A DNA stretch of 64,000 nucleotides from Terriglobia bacterium (lineage in GTDB: Bacteria > Acidobacteriota > Terriglobia > Terriglobales > Acidobacteriaceae), in assembly GCA_963824835.1 (NCBI GenBank), contig CAWGRA010000007.1:70464-134463 (forward strand), read 5' to 3'. Positions 1-9,623 of this stretch are shown piece after piece. Position 1 is the first letter of the stretch. The number at the start of each line of letters is the position of its first letter. The translations under genes and the position numbers were made by a program. Below the pieces are notes generated by a model. The model saw nothing but the letters and a program-made list of their open reading frames with translations. It was not told where the DNA came from and searched no databases.

Positions 1-30
1 GCCAAGACGGCAGCTTAACCAAACCCATCA

Positions 31-106
31 ACCACAAAGGACACAAAGGTTCACGAAGGAATTTTACAGCTTTCCTCTTTGTGTTCCGGAGTGTCCTTTT
101 GTGGTT
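31..106. repeat. Imperfect inverted repeat built from 9-10 nt CACAAAGG-type units (arms 31-59 and 72-106, 12-nt spacer)
   Basis: Left arm reads accacaaaggacacaaaggttcacgaagg. The reverse complement of 72-106 reads accacaaaaggacactccggaacacaaagaggaa. Same unit family as the arms around the GxxExxY gene at 46236-46696. Confidence 0.7.
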
Positions 107-111
107 TAGCA

Positions 112-143
112 GCAATGGCAAATGGCAATTGGCAAATGGCAAT
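112..143. repeat. Heptamer tandem array GCAAWTG x ~4.5
   Basis: gcaatg gcaaatg gcaattg gcaaatg gcaat, read directly. It abuts the truncated end of IS481 copy A. Confidence 0.85.
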
Positions 144-829
144 CAGCGGCGCGGAAAGCATGGGAGCGATAACAATGGCCGTTATCGGTAAGCAGGCGGC
201 GAATGGGGATACCGAGAGTGGCGTAGTAATCCACGGCAGCAAAGAGAAAGGCTACCGCATCCGCGGCGGTGAAGGTGGGCAGGATCTGAGCAAAGGCGAT
301 GCGGGAATGGTCATCGATGGCGACGTGAAGGTACTCCCAGCGGCAATGATGTTTGCCGCGACGGCGGCCGTCGGGACGAACCTTGACTTCGGAAAAGCGG
401 CCCAGCTGCTTGATATCGAGGTGGAGCAGATCGCCAGGAGCGGCATGTTCATAACGCTGGATGGGAATGGCCGGCTCCAGATCGCGCATGCGGTTCAAGC
501 CAAGGCGGCGGAGAATGCGACTGACGGTGGCCCGGCTCAGACCGGTGAGCTTGGCAATGTGAAGGCCGGAGAAGCGCTGTCGCCGCAGCTGTTCCACGCG
601 CTCTGCCAGCGCTTCTCCGGTGCGACGTGGTGAGCGATGAGGACGCGAGGAACGATCCTGTAAACCAGGCGCTCCTTCGAGTTGATAACGGCGCGTCCAT
701 TGGCTGCGGTTCGAGGGCAAATTGGAAGACAGTGGCCGCGGCCTGTAACGATAGCTTATGAAACAGGACCTGCTCGACCAACTGCCCTCGACGAATCAGG
801 GTAAGTCGGGCATTCTTATGAATGTCCAT
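144..829 (-). pseudogene. IS481-family DDE transposase fragment (lacks C-terminal ~80 aa, two 1-nt deletions)
   Basis: ORFs 449-829 and 106-720 together match residues 1-233 of the intact copy (MDIHKNARLTLIRRGQLV...CYRSHAFRAA). Relative to copy B, a G is missing in two CCAAGT contexts near 700-730. Confidence 0.9.
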
Positions 830-913
830 TCGGGCCTCCAGGATGAAACTGACTGCTCAACACAATCAGCTTCTCTGGTTTTGCTCGAATGGACAACCTG
901 TTGAAATGTCACA
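144..913 (-). mobile_element. IS481-family insertion sequence, copy A, 3'-truncated (about 770 of 1027 bp)
   Basis: Colinear and near-identical to 49702-50475 in inverted orientation. The terminal TGTGAC end is at 908-913. Homology stops abruptly at 144. Confidence 0.9.
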
Positions 914-965
914 GTTAGCCCAGCGTAAAGGCGAGCGAAAGCGAAGCCGGAAGGCTGGGTAAGCG
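914..965 (-). repeat. REP-like element (hairpin plus GCTGGGCTAAC) flanking IS481 copy A
   Basis: The reverse complement reads cccagccttccggcttcgctttcgctcgcctttacgctgggctaac and directly joins the IS end. Same family as 27531-27589, 47968-48025 and 49677-49701. Confidence 0.6.
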
Positions 966-1009
966 TAAAGATAGAAAATGAGCCCGGAGGGGCGGCACAG
1001 AAAGCCACG

Positions 1010-2119
1010 ATGGCCTATACAGTTCCCAAACTCGAAGATTTCTCGCCTGCGGCACTGGACAAAGCCGTCCAGGAGTTGCTGGCGGCCGCTCGCCAGGAAG
1101 CTGACGCCATCACGGGCGAGAACGCCGGGAAAGAATTTCGCGATCGCTGGATGGCGCGCAAGAACGGCATTCTCACGCAGATCAACGATCTTTGGCTGAA
1201 AGCTGCGCCCGGGCCCTGCGAAGCGCGAGGTCGGCGCACGCGTCAATCAATTGAAGACGGAAGTCGAACAGATCGTGGACGCCGCGCAATCGCGCCTTGC
1301 CGGCGTCCTCCTCGGCAGCGCGCTTCGAAGCCGAACGCATTGACGTGACTCTGCCCGGCACTCGCAAGACCATTGGCGCCGAACATCCCATGCTCAAGAC
1401 GATGAATGAAGTAGTTAGCGTTTTCCGCGCCATGGGCTACTCCGTCGCCGACGGTCCTGAGATTGAAACCGACTACTTCAATTTTGAAGCGCTGAACTTT
1501 CCTCCTAACCATCCGGCACGCGATACGCAGGACACATTGTTTGTCGCCGGACAGGAGAAGAAGCCGCAGCGCGACCGTCTGCTGCTGCGCACGCATACGT
1601 CGCCGGTACAGATTCGCTCCATGCTGAAGAACACCGCCGCCGTTGCGCGTGGTGATTCCGGGCAAAGTTCATCGTGCGGACACCGCCGACGCCACGCATT
1701 CGCCGATTTTCCATCAGGTGGAAGGGCTGGCCGTGGACACCAACATCACTTTCAGCGATCTCAAAGGCACGCTGGACCACGCCATGAAGTCGCTGTTCGG
1801 ATCGAGCGTGAAGACGCGTTTTTATCCTTCGTTCTTCCCTTTCACTGAGCCGAGCGCTGACGTGCAGATTACCTGCTTCAAGTGCGGCGGCAAGGGATGC
1901 CGTCTGTGCAAGATGAGCGGATGGATTGAGCTGCTGGGTTGCGGCATGGTCGATCCCAATGTCTTCAAATCGGTCGAGCAAAACGGCTACGACTCGCAAA
2001 AGATCAGCGGCTTCGCCTTCGGTATGGGCGTGGAACGCATCACCATGCTGAAGTACGGGATCGACGACATTCAGTTGTTTTATCAGGGCGATGTGAGGTT
2101 TTTGGAGCAATTTGCGTAA
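1010..2119 (+). CDS. pheS: Phenylalanine--tRNA ligase alpha subunit (needs about 3 frame corrections)
   Basis: Fragments 1010-1348, 1297-1848 and 1643-2119. Motifs [54 protein letters not shown]. Confidence 0.9.
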
Positions 2120-2242
2120 GAAGCCTTGGAGAAGTCAGCAGTCAGTCCATTCCGACACGGACTAACAGGTTCGAATCGATGCGGAACTAATTAGAGATTT
2201 CGAAGGTCTGGGACGAAGTGCACCACGAAGTGGCGCTGGCTG

Positions 2243-2491
2243 CTACGAATTCAACGACCTAGCGTCGGGAAGAGCTCTCATCCCGTGACTCATGCGATCA
2301 GGGAAATACATCAGCAGGTAAGCTTGTCGTTCGGCGGACTCCGGTTCTGAATGATTGTGGACGGCAAAGCAGATGCCGAGCTTCATCGGTTCTTGCAAAT
2401 GGCAATGGGCGTCTGCTAGCGAATTGAGTGTCGTTTCAGTGCGTGCGCCGGATTTAGAATATTGAACGCCGAGCGGCACAAAGCCATCCAC
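2243..2491 (-). CDS. Hypothetical ORF inside the pheS-pheT spacer (possibly not coding)
   Basis: 82-aa ORF with no recognisable family. It contains two GCAAATG-type heptamer units (2395-2408) and is flanked by other repeat units. Confidence 0.2.
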   Translation of the reverse strand: MDGFVPLGVQYSKSGARTETTLNSLADAHCHLQEPMKLGICFAVHNHSEPESAERQAYLLMYFPDRMSHGMRALPDARSLNS

Positions 2492-2564
2492 GACAGCCTT
2501 GTTGAAGCAAACGCATGCTCAGCTACCTGCATTCGCGAAGTTAACATCCGAGTGAGATGACTGG

Positions 2565-2592
2565 GCTGAATGCTGAGTGCTGAATGCTGAGT
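2565..2592. repeat. Heptamer tandem array GCTGART x 4
   Basis: gctgaat gctgagt gctgaat gctgagt, read directly, just upstream of pheT. Confidence 0.85.
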
Positions 2593-2649
2593 TCACGATC
2601 AGGCGAACAGACGTCTAAGATGAGAAATCATAGTCTGACCTCGGACAAA

Positions 2650-4850
2650 ATGAGAATTTCTCCCCAATCTGGCTCCGCGAATTCGTTGATCTCAAAGTCG
2701 GCGACGCTCAACTCGCCGACGATCTCACCCTTGCCGGTGTGGCGGTGGAGTCCGTCAAACAAATTGACGGGCAGACGCTCTTCGAAATGGAGATTGGCAC
2801 CAACCGTCCCGACGCCATGTGCCACTACGGCGTGGCCCGCGAATGCTCGGCCATCTATGACATTGATCTGAAGCCGATCGCGCCGAAGCTGCCGAAAGCC
2901 AAGGCAGCCGCCGCGCATTCCCTATCGAGATCCAGGACAAAGAAGGCTGCAAGCGTTACACCGCGCGCGTGATTCGCAATGTCAAGATCGGCCCTTCACC
3001 CCAGAAAATGCTTGATCGCCTGAAGATTGACGATCATGGCGGGGTCAGCAATGCCGTGGACGCCAGTAATTACACGCTGATGGAAATGGGCCATCCCACG
3101 CACGCCTTCGATCTGGACAAACTGGAAGGCGGAAAGATTATCGTCCGTCGCGCACGCGCCGGAGAAACGCTAAAGACTCTTGATGGCGTTGATCGCAAGC
3201 TTGAGGCCGAAGACCTGGTCATCGCCGATGCCTCAAAGCCCGTAGCGCTGGCGGGCATCATGGGCGGCTTTGATACCGCGATCTCGGCCTCGACAAAAAA
3301 TATTCTGATCGAATCAGCCTGGTTTGATCCCGCCACGGTGCGCAAGACGGCCCGCCGGCTGGGCATGCACACTGACGCTTCGCACATTTTCGAACGCGGC
3401 GCGGACTGGGGAGCAACGCCGCTGGCCTGCAATCGCGTGGCTGAATTGATTCTGTCCACCGCCGGCGGAGAACTGGAAGGCGATACCGTGGACGCCATTG
3501 CAGGACACGTTCCGCGCTACTCGCTGATTCTGCGCGCTCCGGAAATACTGCGGATTCTGGGCCAGGACATTCCCGAAGCGCAAGTCACACGCATGCTCAC
3601 CCGGCTGGGCTTCACCTTGAAGCTGGTCAAGGGCGAAGAAATCATGCAAGCGCATGGCAGAAGGCCTGCCGGAAGGCAGCTTCGCCGTGGTTGCTGCCAC
3701 CGTCAGAACTAATTCCGAGTAATGCCAAGGCAGGCGATTACGAGAGCGGCTCAAGAAATACGCGGCCGACCTGCTCCAGCAGCTTGGCGGACAGACCTGC
3801 TGGATTGTTGACCTGCCTACCTGGCGATTGGATATTGAACGCGAGATTGACCTGATTGAAGAGATCGCGCGCATTTACGGCTACAACAAATTTCCCAACA
3901 CGCTTCCTTCCTTCTCCGGAGGGGTGATTGAGCTGCCGGGAGCAGCCAAGGAAGCCCGCCTGCGCAATGAACTGCTCGCGCTGGGATATGACGAAGCTGT
4001 TTCCTCCACGTTCATCTCTCCGGCCGATGCGCAGGCGTTCTCCAACAGGCAAACGGTCATGCTGGCCAATCCTTTAAGCGCTGAACAGTCCGTCATGCGA
4101 AGCTCTCTGGTTCCCGGGATGCTGGGCATGATTGCCTGGAACCTGAATCGCGGAACATCGGACGTCCGGTTGTTCGAATCCGGCCACGTCTTTGAGATGG
4201 CCGGCGACAAATCAGAAGAACGAAAGATGCTCAGCGTTGGAGCAACAGGCAATGCGCTCGATCAGGACGTACACACCAAGGCGCGTCCTTATACCTTCTT
4301 CGATCTCAAGGGCGACGTTGAAACCCTGCTGGCCGGCTTTGAGCTTGGGAAGGTTCAGCTGGATGCCGGAGCTGCAAGCTACTACCACCCCGGCCGCTCA
4401 GCGCAGTTCAAAGCCGGCGGCCAGGTAATTGCCCAGTTCGGGCAGATACACCCTGACGTTGCCACGGCGCGGAAGCTCAAGCAGGAAGTCTATCTGGCAG
4501 AGATTGATCTCGACCGGCTGCTCAAATTCGAATTACGCGTTCCGCGCTATGAACCGCTGTCAAAGTTCCCTGCCGTAGGACGTGATTTCTCCTTCGTGTT
4601 TGCTGACAGTGTCACATTCGCTCAAATCTCCTCAGCCGTCCACGCGCTGAACATTAGCGGAACTGCAAAGCTTTGTCCCGGCTGAGATCTTTCGCGGCGG
4701 CGCGGTTCCGGCAGGCAGCTACTCGATTCTGTTGCGAGCGGAGTTCCAATCGCCAGACCGGACCTTGCGCGATGACGAAGTGGCGCAGTGGTCGGCGGAG
4801 ATCGTCAAGGCATGGTGCAAGCCATGGGCGGAAGTCTTCGGAGTTCGTAA
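2650..4850 (+). CDS. pheT: Phenylalanine--tRNA ligase beta subunit (needs at least 5 frame corrections)
   Basis: N-terminus WLREFVDLKVGDAQLADDLTLAGVAVESV. Fragments 2739-2972, 2969-3712 and 3828-4685, plus the tail AEIFRGGAVPAGSYSILLRAEFQSPDRTLRDDEV. Start and end are approximate. Confidence 0.85.
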
Positions 4851-4880
4851 GCCGGAGTTCGTAAATCGGAGTTAGTGAAT
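4839..4880. repeat. 14-nt tandem array CGGAGTTCGTAANN x 3
   Basis: cggagttcgtaagc cggagttcgtaaat cggagttagtgaat. It spans the pheT stop and the GNAT start. A solitary unit recurs at 60150-60163. Confidence 0.85.
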
Positions 4881-5514
4881 GCGTTGGTTGTCGGCAGTTC
4901 GCAAGTCAGGCAAGACGTCGGTCCAGATTCTGCCAAAACGCCGCTGCGAGCCCGTTTGCAACCGACTCTGCAGACAGAACGACTGGTGCTGCGGCCCTTT
5001 GTCGCCGCGGATGCGGTGCGGCTCTCCGAACTGGCCGGCAAACATCGCATTGCAGACACCACCGTATCCATCCCACATCCTTACAGCCCCGACCAGGCAC
5101 TGGATGACATTCAGAAGTACAGCGAAGAATTTGTCTCTGGCACAGGAGCATATTTTGCCATCGCTTTGCGCGAGACCCCACAGGACCTGATTGGGGGCAT
5201 TCTGATCAAGACGATTGACCGGCCCCATGAGCAGGGCGAGCTTGGTTACTGGATTGACGAGGCCTACACCGGGCCGCGGACTGGTCACGGAAGCAGCGCG
5301 CGCCATGCTTGACTATGGCTTCAACATGGAAGGCCTCAATCGCATTTGCGCCTATCACATGGTCCGCAATAACGCTTCCGGGAATGTGCTGGCCCGCCTG
5401 GGCATGAGACAGGAAGGCCGTTTGCGCCAGATGATCAAGAAATGGGACGTATTTGAAGACGTGCTGGTGTGGTCGATTCTGCGAGATGAATTTCACGGTA
5501 ATTCTTACCACTGA
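4875..5514 (+). CDS. GNAT family N-acetyltransferase (RimJ/RimL-like), one frame correction near 5275
   Basis: LQTERLVLRPF N-terminal motif. GELGYWIDEAY...GRGLVTEAARAMLDYGF...NRICAYHMVRNNASGNVLARLGM. Confidence 0.75.
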
Positions 5515-5562
5515 TTTTCACTGATAACACTGATCTGAAAATCAAATGATCTGAAAATCAAG
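5509..5562. repeat. Two overlapping tandem repeats: CACTGAT(N2-3) x 3 and TGATCTGAAAATCAAR x 2
   Basis: cactgatttt cactgataa cactgatc tgaaaatcaaa tgatctgaaaatcaag. It starts at the GNAT stop codon. Confidence 0.85.
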
Positions 5563-5658
5563 ATCCTCAGGCCCTCAACGCGGCTTTAAGACCGATTCCA
5601 CGTAATCAAGTGAAAACTGATTTAAATCAACGGCTGAATTGCAGTACAATGCCGCGCC

Positions 5659-6781
5659 ATGATCTCTCGTCGCTCGCTCTTCAAAGCCGCAGGCGTTTCC
5701 GCTGCGGTCGCCGCAACCTCCGGATTTCCTGATGGACTGCTTACCTGGGCGGAACCCTTGCGAGAAGTGCAGCCAGGCGGACCCATCCTTCTGAACAGCA
5801 ACGAGAATGCCTACGGTCCGTTTCCCAGCGTTTTGGCAATGCCGAATCCGTTTAACGACGCCAATCGCTATCCCGACTTCAGCGTGGAACAACTCACGAA
5901 GAGGCTGGCGAAGATGCACAACGTCAGCGCCGAGCAGATTATTGTCGGATGCGGATCAACGGAGGTTCTGAAGCTGTGCGTGAGACGCGTTCACCGGGCC
6001 GGGCAAGAAGCTGGTGATGGCGTCGCCTACGTTTGAAGCGGTAGGTTTTTACGCCAATGCCACCAAGGCCGAGGTGGTTAAGGTTCCGCTGGCTGCAAGT
6101 TACGCGCACCAGCTTGTAGCCATGGGCACTGAGGCGCAGAAAAATCCCGGGCTGGTTTACATCTGCAATCCCAATAATCCGACGGGAAGCGTCACGCCGC
6201 GGCGCAGCCTGGAAAACTTCATTCGCGAGCTGCCGAAGAACTGCTACGTGCTCATGGATGAGGCGTATCACGACTTTGTGACCGTCTCAGCGGACTACTC
6301 GTCATTCATCGATCATCCGGTGAACGATGATCGCGTGATCGTGGCCCGTACTTTCTCCAAGATTTTTGGCATGGCAGGCTTGCGGCTGGGTTATGCGGTG
6401 GCATCACCGGCCACGGCAAAGCTGCTTCGCACTACCAGCAGCAGGACAGCATCAACATCTTCGCGCTCCGGTGCGCGGTTACATCTCTGGATGATGCTGA
6501 TGAACACCAGTTCGCCGCCCAACGCAACAACAATGATCGCGAGACTTTCATGCATGAGGCGGCTGTGCGCAGGATCATGGCAATTCCTTCCTGGACAAAT
6601 TTTGTCATGATCAACACGCAACGTCCGGTGCAAGACCGTGATTGATCACTTCACGAAAAACAATATTCGCATTGGCCGGCCGTTCCCTCCCATGGATACC
6701 TTCGCGCGCATATCACTGGGCAAACCAGACCAGATGAAAGCATTCTGGGCAGTGTGGGACAAGCTGCCCAGGTTGACGTAA
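5659..6781 (+). CDS. HisC-like class-II PLP aminotransferase with a twin-arginine signal (about 3 frame corrections)
   Basis: MISRRSLFKAAGVSAAVAA (SRRxLFK Tat motif). LNSNENAYGP, YICNPNNPTG, TFSKIFGMAGLRLGY (PLP lysine). Confidence 0.75.
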
Positions 6782-6907
6782 GTGCAAGGCGGGCAACTCG
6801 GGTAAAGTGAGTTGCTGATTTTGATCGTGGCAGGCCGCCCGAGCCGGACAACTTCGTTCGGTTTAGCTCCATCTTCTCAAAGGCAATCGCCGACTTGAAG
6901 GAGAGCT

Positions 6908-7341
6908 ATGCCACTGCTGGACCAGAGCGCCAAATTCGTTACCAATCGTCTTCCCAAAGTTATCAATCCCACAGCTCACGCGATCATTGACTACGCCATG
7001 GCGGCTTCTTTTCTCGCCATGGGAGTTTTCTTCTGGAACCGAAATAAGCGCGCCGCCATCAGCTCACTCATCTGTGGTGGAGCTGAAGTGGTAACCGCAC
7101 TGATGACGGACTACCCCGGCGGCGTGGCACGCGAGATCAGCTTTGAGACGCATGGCTCCATCGATTTTGGATTGAGCGGCATGGCAGCCAGCATGCCTGA
7201 CATGCTGAGGTTCAGTGATGATCGTGAGACTACTTTCTTCCGCCTGCAAGGGCTCGCCATGGCACGGTCTCGGGTCTCACCGACTTCACTGGAACCGGCA
7301 AAGCACGTCAACTGGAGAAACTGGACGAGCGCGCGGCGTAA
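6908..7341 (+). CDS. Hypothetical membrane protein (one frame correction near 7262)
   Basis: Hydrophobic segments AHAIIDYAMAASFLAMGVFFW and ISSLICGGAEVVTAL. Tail GLTDFTGTGKARQLEKLDERAA in the shifted frame. Confidence 0.45.
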
Positions 7342-7543
7342 GAAAACACCAGAGCAGCCACTCGGTGACGTGAGATGTCTCTGGATAAGCGCGCGCTTCT
7401 CGTTTCACCGACTTGTTTCTGATTCGCGGTTGTCGCGTTGATTCGGGCCTAAAGGTCATGGCTCGATCTTTGCAGTTAATCCCGCCATTTCCACATTTGC
7501 ATGCGATATACTTCGCTCATCCTGAATGGAGCGGTGAATATTT

Positions 7544-7843
7544 ATGGCACTACATATGGCACGAGAAACTGAACCTGAAGTGGAACGCGCGGCAGACGAT
7601 TTTCCCGCACTGGAAGAAAAGATCTACAAGGCAATCGAGCTGTTGAAGTCGGCTCGCGAAGGCAAAGCAGCCGCGGAGCGCGACGCCAGCCGTCTGCGCG
7701 AGCAGCTTGAACAACGTGAAGAAGAGGTTGAAGTATTGCGCGGCGAGGTATTGTCTCTGCGCAAGGAGCGCGAAGACGTGCGCGGCCGCGTGGAGAAGAT
7801 GCTGAAGCAGATTGATGCTTTGGTTGAAGTGGAGCAAAGCTGA
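7544..7843 (+). CDS. Coiled-coil protein, ZapB-like cell-division factor
   Basis: 99 aa, E/R/K/L-rich heptad-like sequence (LEEKIYKAIELLKSAREGK...EVEVLRGEVLSLRKEREDVRGRVEKMLKQID). Lies near zapA. Confidence 0.5.
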   Translation: MALHMARETEPEVERAADDFPALEEKIYKAIELLKSAREGKAAAERDASRLREQLEQREEEVEVLRGEVLSLRKEREDVRGRVEKMLKQIDALVEVEQS

Positions 7844-7982
7844 TGGTGCAGGCGTGGACGAGATCCGGTCAGGCGAATTCAACGAGGCACAGAGCATGTG
7901 GCAGTAAAGACCTAAAGTTGTGCGGGCCGGGTATCTGTACTAATTTGTTGCGCTTTGATCCGATTTCGAGGAGAGCTGACTC

Positions 7983-8321
7983 ATGATCTCGCATGCGATG
8001 ACGACGACGCAGTTTGAGCTGGATGGCTTTCAGGTAGTCCGGTCACTGGGGATTGTGCGCGGAATCATTGTGCGTTCACGCTCCATCTTCGGAACCATCG
8101 GCGCGGGCCTGCAGACGCTCGTCGGAGGCAATATCACGCTCCTCACCAACCTGTGCGAGAAAGCCCGCGAGGATTCGTTTGATCTCATGCTGCAACATGC
8201 AGCCCAGCTGGGAGCCAATGCCGTGGTGGGAGTACGCTATGACGCTACTGAAATCATGCAGGGCGTCAGTGAAGTCCTGGCGTATGGGACTGCGGTGATC
8301 GTCCAGCCAAAGGCGAGTTAA
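7983..8321 (+). CDS. YbjQ/UPF0145 family protein
   Basis: [63 protein letters not shown]. Confidence 0.8.
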   Translation: MISHAMTTTQFELDGFQVVRSLGIVRGIIVRSRSIFGTIGAGLQTLVGGNITLLTNLCEKAREDSFDLMLQHAAQLGANAVVGVRYDATEIMQGVSEVLAYGTAVIVQPKAS

Positions 8322-8442
8322 AGCAATACTTGAAAGCCGGCAAGTGGCTGAAAAATCTCGGCTGAAGTTCACGAATCTACTTGACCGGAACGGCCAGGGA
8401 ACGATAATCATCAGATAGAAGTGTTTCTTTAAGGAGTTCAGC

Positions 8443-8754
8443 GTGGCTTCACAAACGACCGCGGCCCCGATCCGGGTTGAGATCTATGATCAGGCCTACA
8501 ACCTTCGAGGTGTGGATGCAGAGTACATCCTGAAGCTGGCCGACTTCGTGGACAAGAAGATGCGTCATGTTGCCGACCAGACTTCCACGGTGGATTCCCT
8601 TCGCGTGGCGGTGCTGGCGGCACTCAATATCGCTGACGAATATCAGGTCCTGAAGAAGAAGTATGATCTGCTGGCCTCGCAATTCCGTGAACGCACCGGC
8701 GCTCTCTCAGGCGCGCTGGATGAAGTATTGGAAGAGCAGCGCCGCGCAGGCTGA
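8443..8754 (+). CDS. zapA: Cell division protein ZapA
   Basis: IRVEIYDQAYNLRGVDAEYILKLADFVDKKMRHVADQTSTVDSLRVAVLAALNIADEY. Confidence 0.8.
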   Translation: MASQTTAAPIRVEIYDQAYNLRGVDAEYILKLADFVDKKMRHVADQTSTVDSLRVAVLAALNIADEYQVLKKKYDLLASQFRERTGALSGALDEVLEEQRRAG

Positions 8755-8795
8755 ATCTCTCTGGCATTCGGGTCATTTGAACAGCAACATCGAAA

Positions 8796-9213
8796 ATGAC
8801 TGAACAGCGATCTTTACGCCTTCATCGCAGGCTGCAAACTCGGAGTGATCTCCACCCTGTCCTCTTCTGGAAGTGTCCAATCGGCACTGGTCGGCATCGC
8901 CGTCACCCAGGATCTTGAAATCATCTTTGACACGGTCAAGAGTTCCCGCAAATATTCCAACCTGATCAGCAACCCTGCATGTTCACTGGTTGCCGGCTGG
9001 GCGGGTGAGCAGACCGTGCAATATGAGGGTGTCGCAACTGAGTTGCAGGGGGCTGAGTTGCAGCGTTGCCAGCGAACCTACTTTCAGGCATGGCCTGACG
9101 GGCCATCGCGCATGACATGGCCGGGGATTGTGTATTTCTGCGTGCGACCCACGTGGATCCGCTACAGTGACTTCGATGCAAACCCGCCGCTGATTCAGGA
9201 ATTTCGTTTCTAA
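8796..9213 (+). CDS. Pyridoxamine 5'-phosphate oxidase-like FMN-binding protein (one frame correction near the start)
   Basis: GVISTLSSSGSVQSALVGIAVTQDLEIIFDTVKSSRKYSNLISNPACSLV...WIRYSDF. Confidence 0.6.
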
Positions 9214-9623
9214 CACTCGGCAGCTGCCGATCAGAAAGTCCAGTCAAATTTCAGTAAAGAAGAGAAAGCTGCATAGAAAAGACGCAAGACATGCGCGTTG
9301 GTACCCTTGCTATCTAACGGGCTTTTCTTTAGCATCAACACTGTCAACCGGCCTGCACAGCAGGTGCGAATGGTAACCGTTCATGAACCAACATTCAATG
9401 AACAGGGGGCCTGACTCGTATAATAACGGCTCGGTGTGCGAGGTTCCGCCAGTACGGAAATGCCTAAAGAGCCGCGGCGGGTTCCCACCATCTTAGGATG
9501 GGTTCAGAACGGCCCAGTCTCACGGCCTCGCGGGTCGGTTGCGTAAAATCCACGTTCGTTCTGCCGAAACAGATATTTGTTCCGACTCCGAAATTCCGCC
9601 TTCGCAGTATACAATCCACCTGA

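Noticed and set aside
79-633. 184-aa plus-strand ORF, and its twin at 49984-50727 on the minus strand (247 aa)
   Set aside because: Both lie exactly antisense to the IS481 transposase reading frame and have low-complexity Gly/Ala-rich translations. They are shadow ORFs of a GC-rich gene, not independent genes.
1010-4850. Calling pheS/pheT (and ndh, tmk, holB, thiolase) pseudogenes
   Set aside because: These are essential or central genes with all motifs conserved and only single-base frame breaks. Technical indels are far more likely than decay.
8755-9623. 6S RNA (ssrS) downstream of zapA
   Set aside because: Synteny with proteobacteria is only suggestive. I could not derive the long closing stem, central bubble and terminal hairpin layout by eye, and a protein gene (8796-9213) intervenes. 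I retained only a low-interest structured-leader note.
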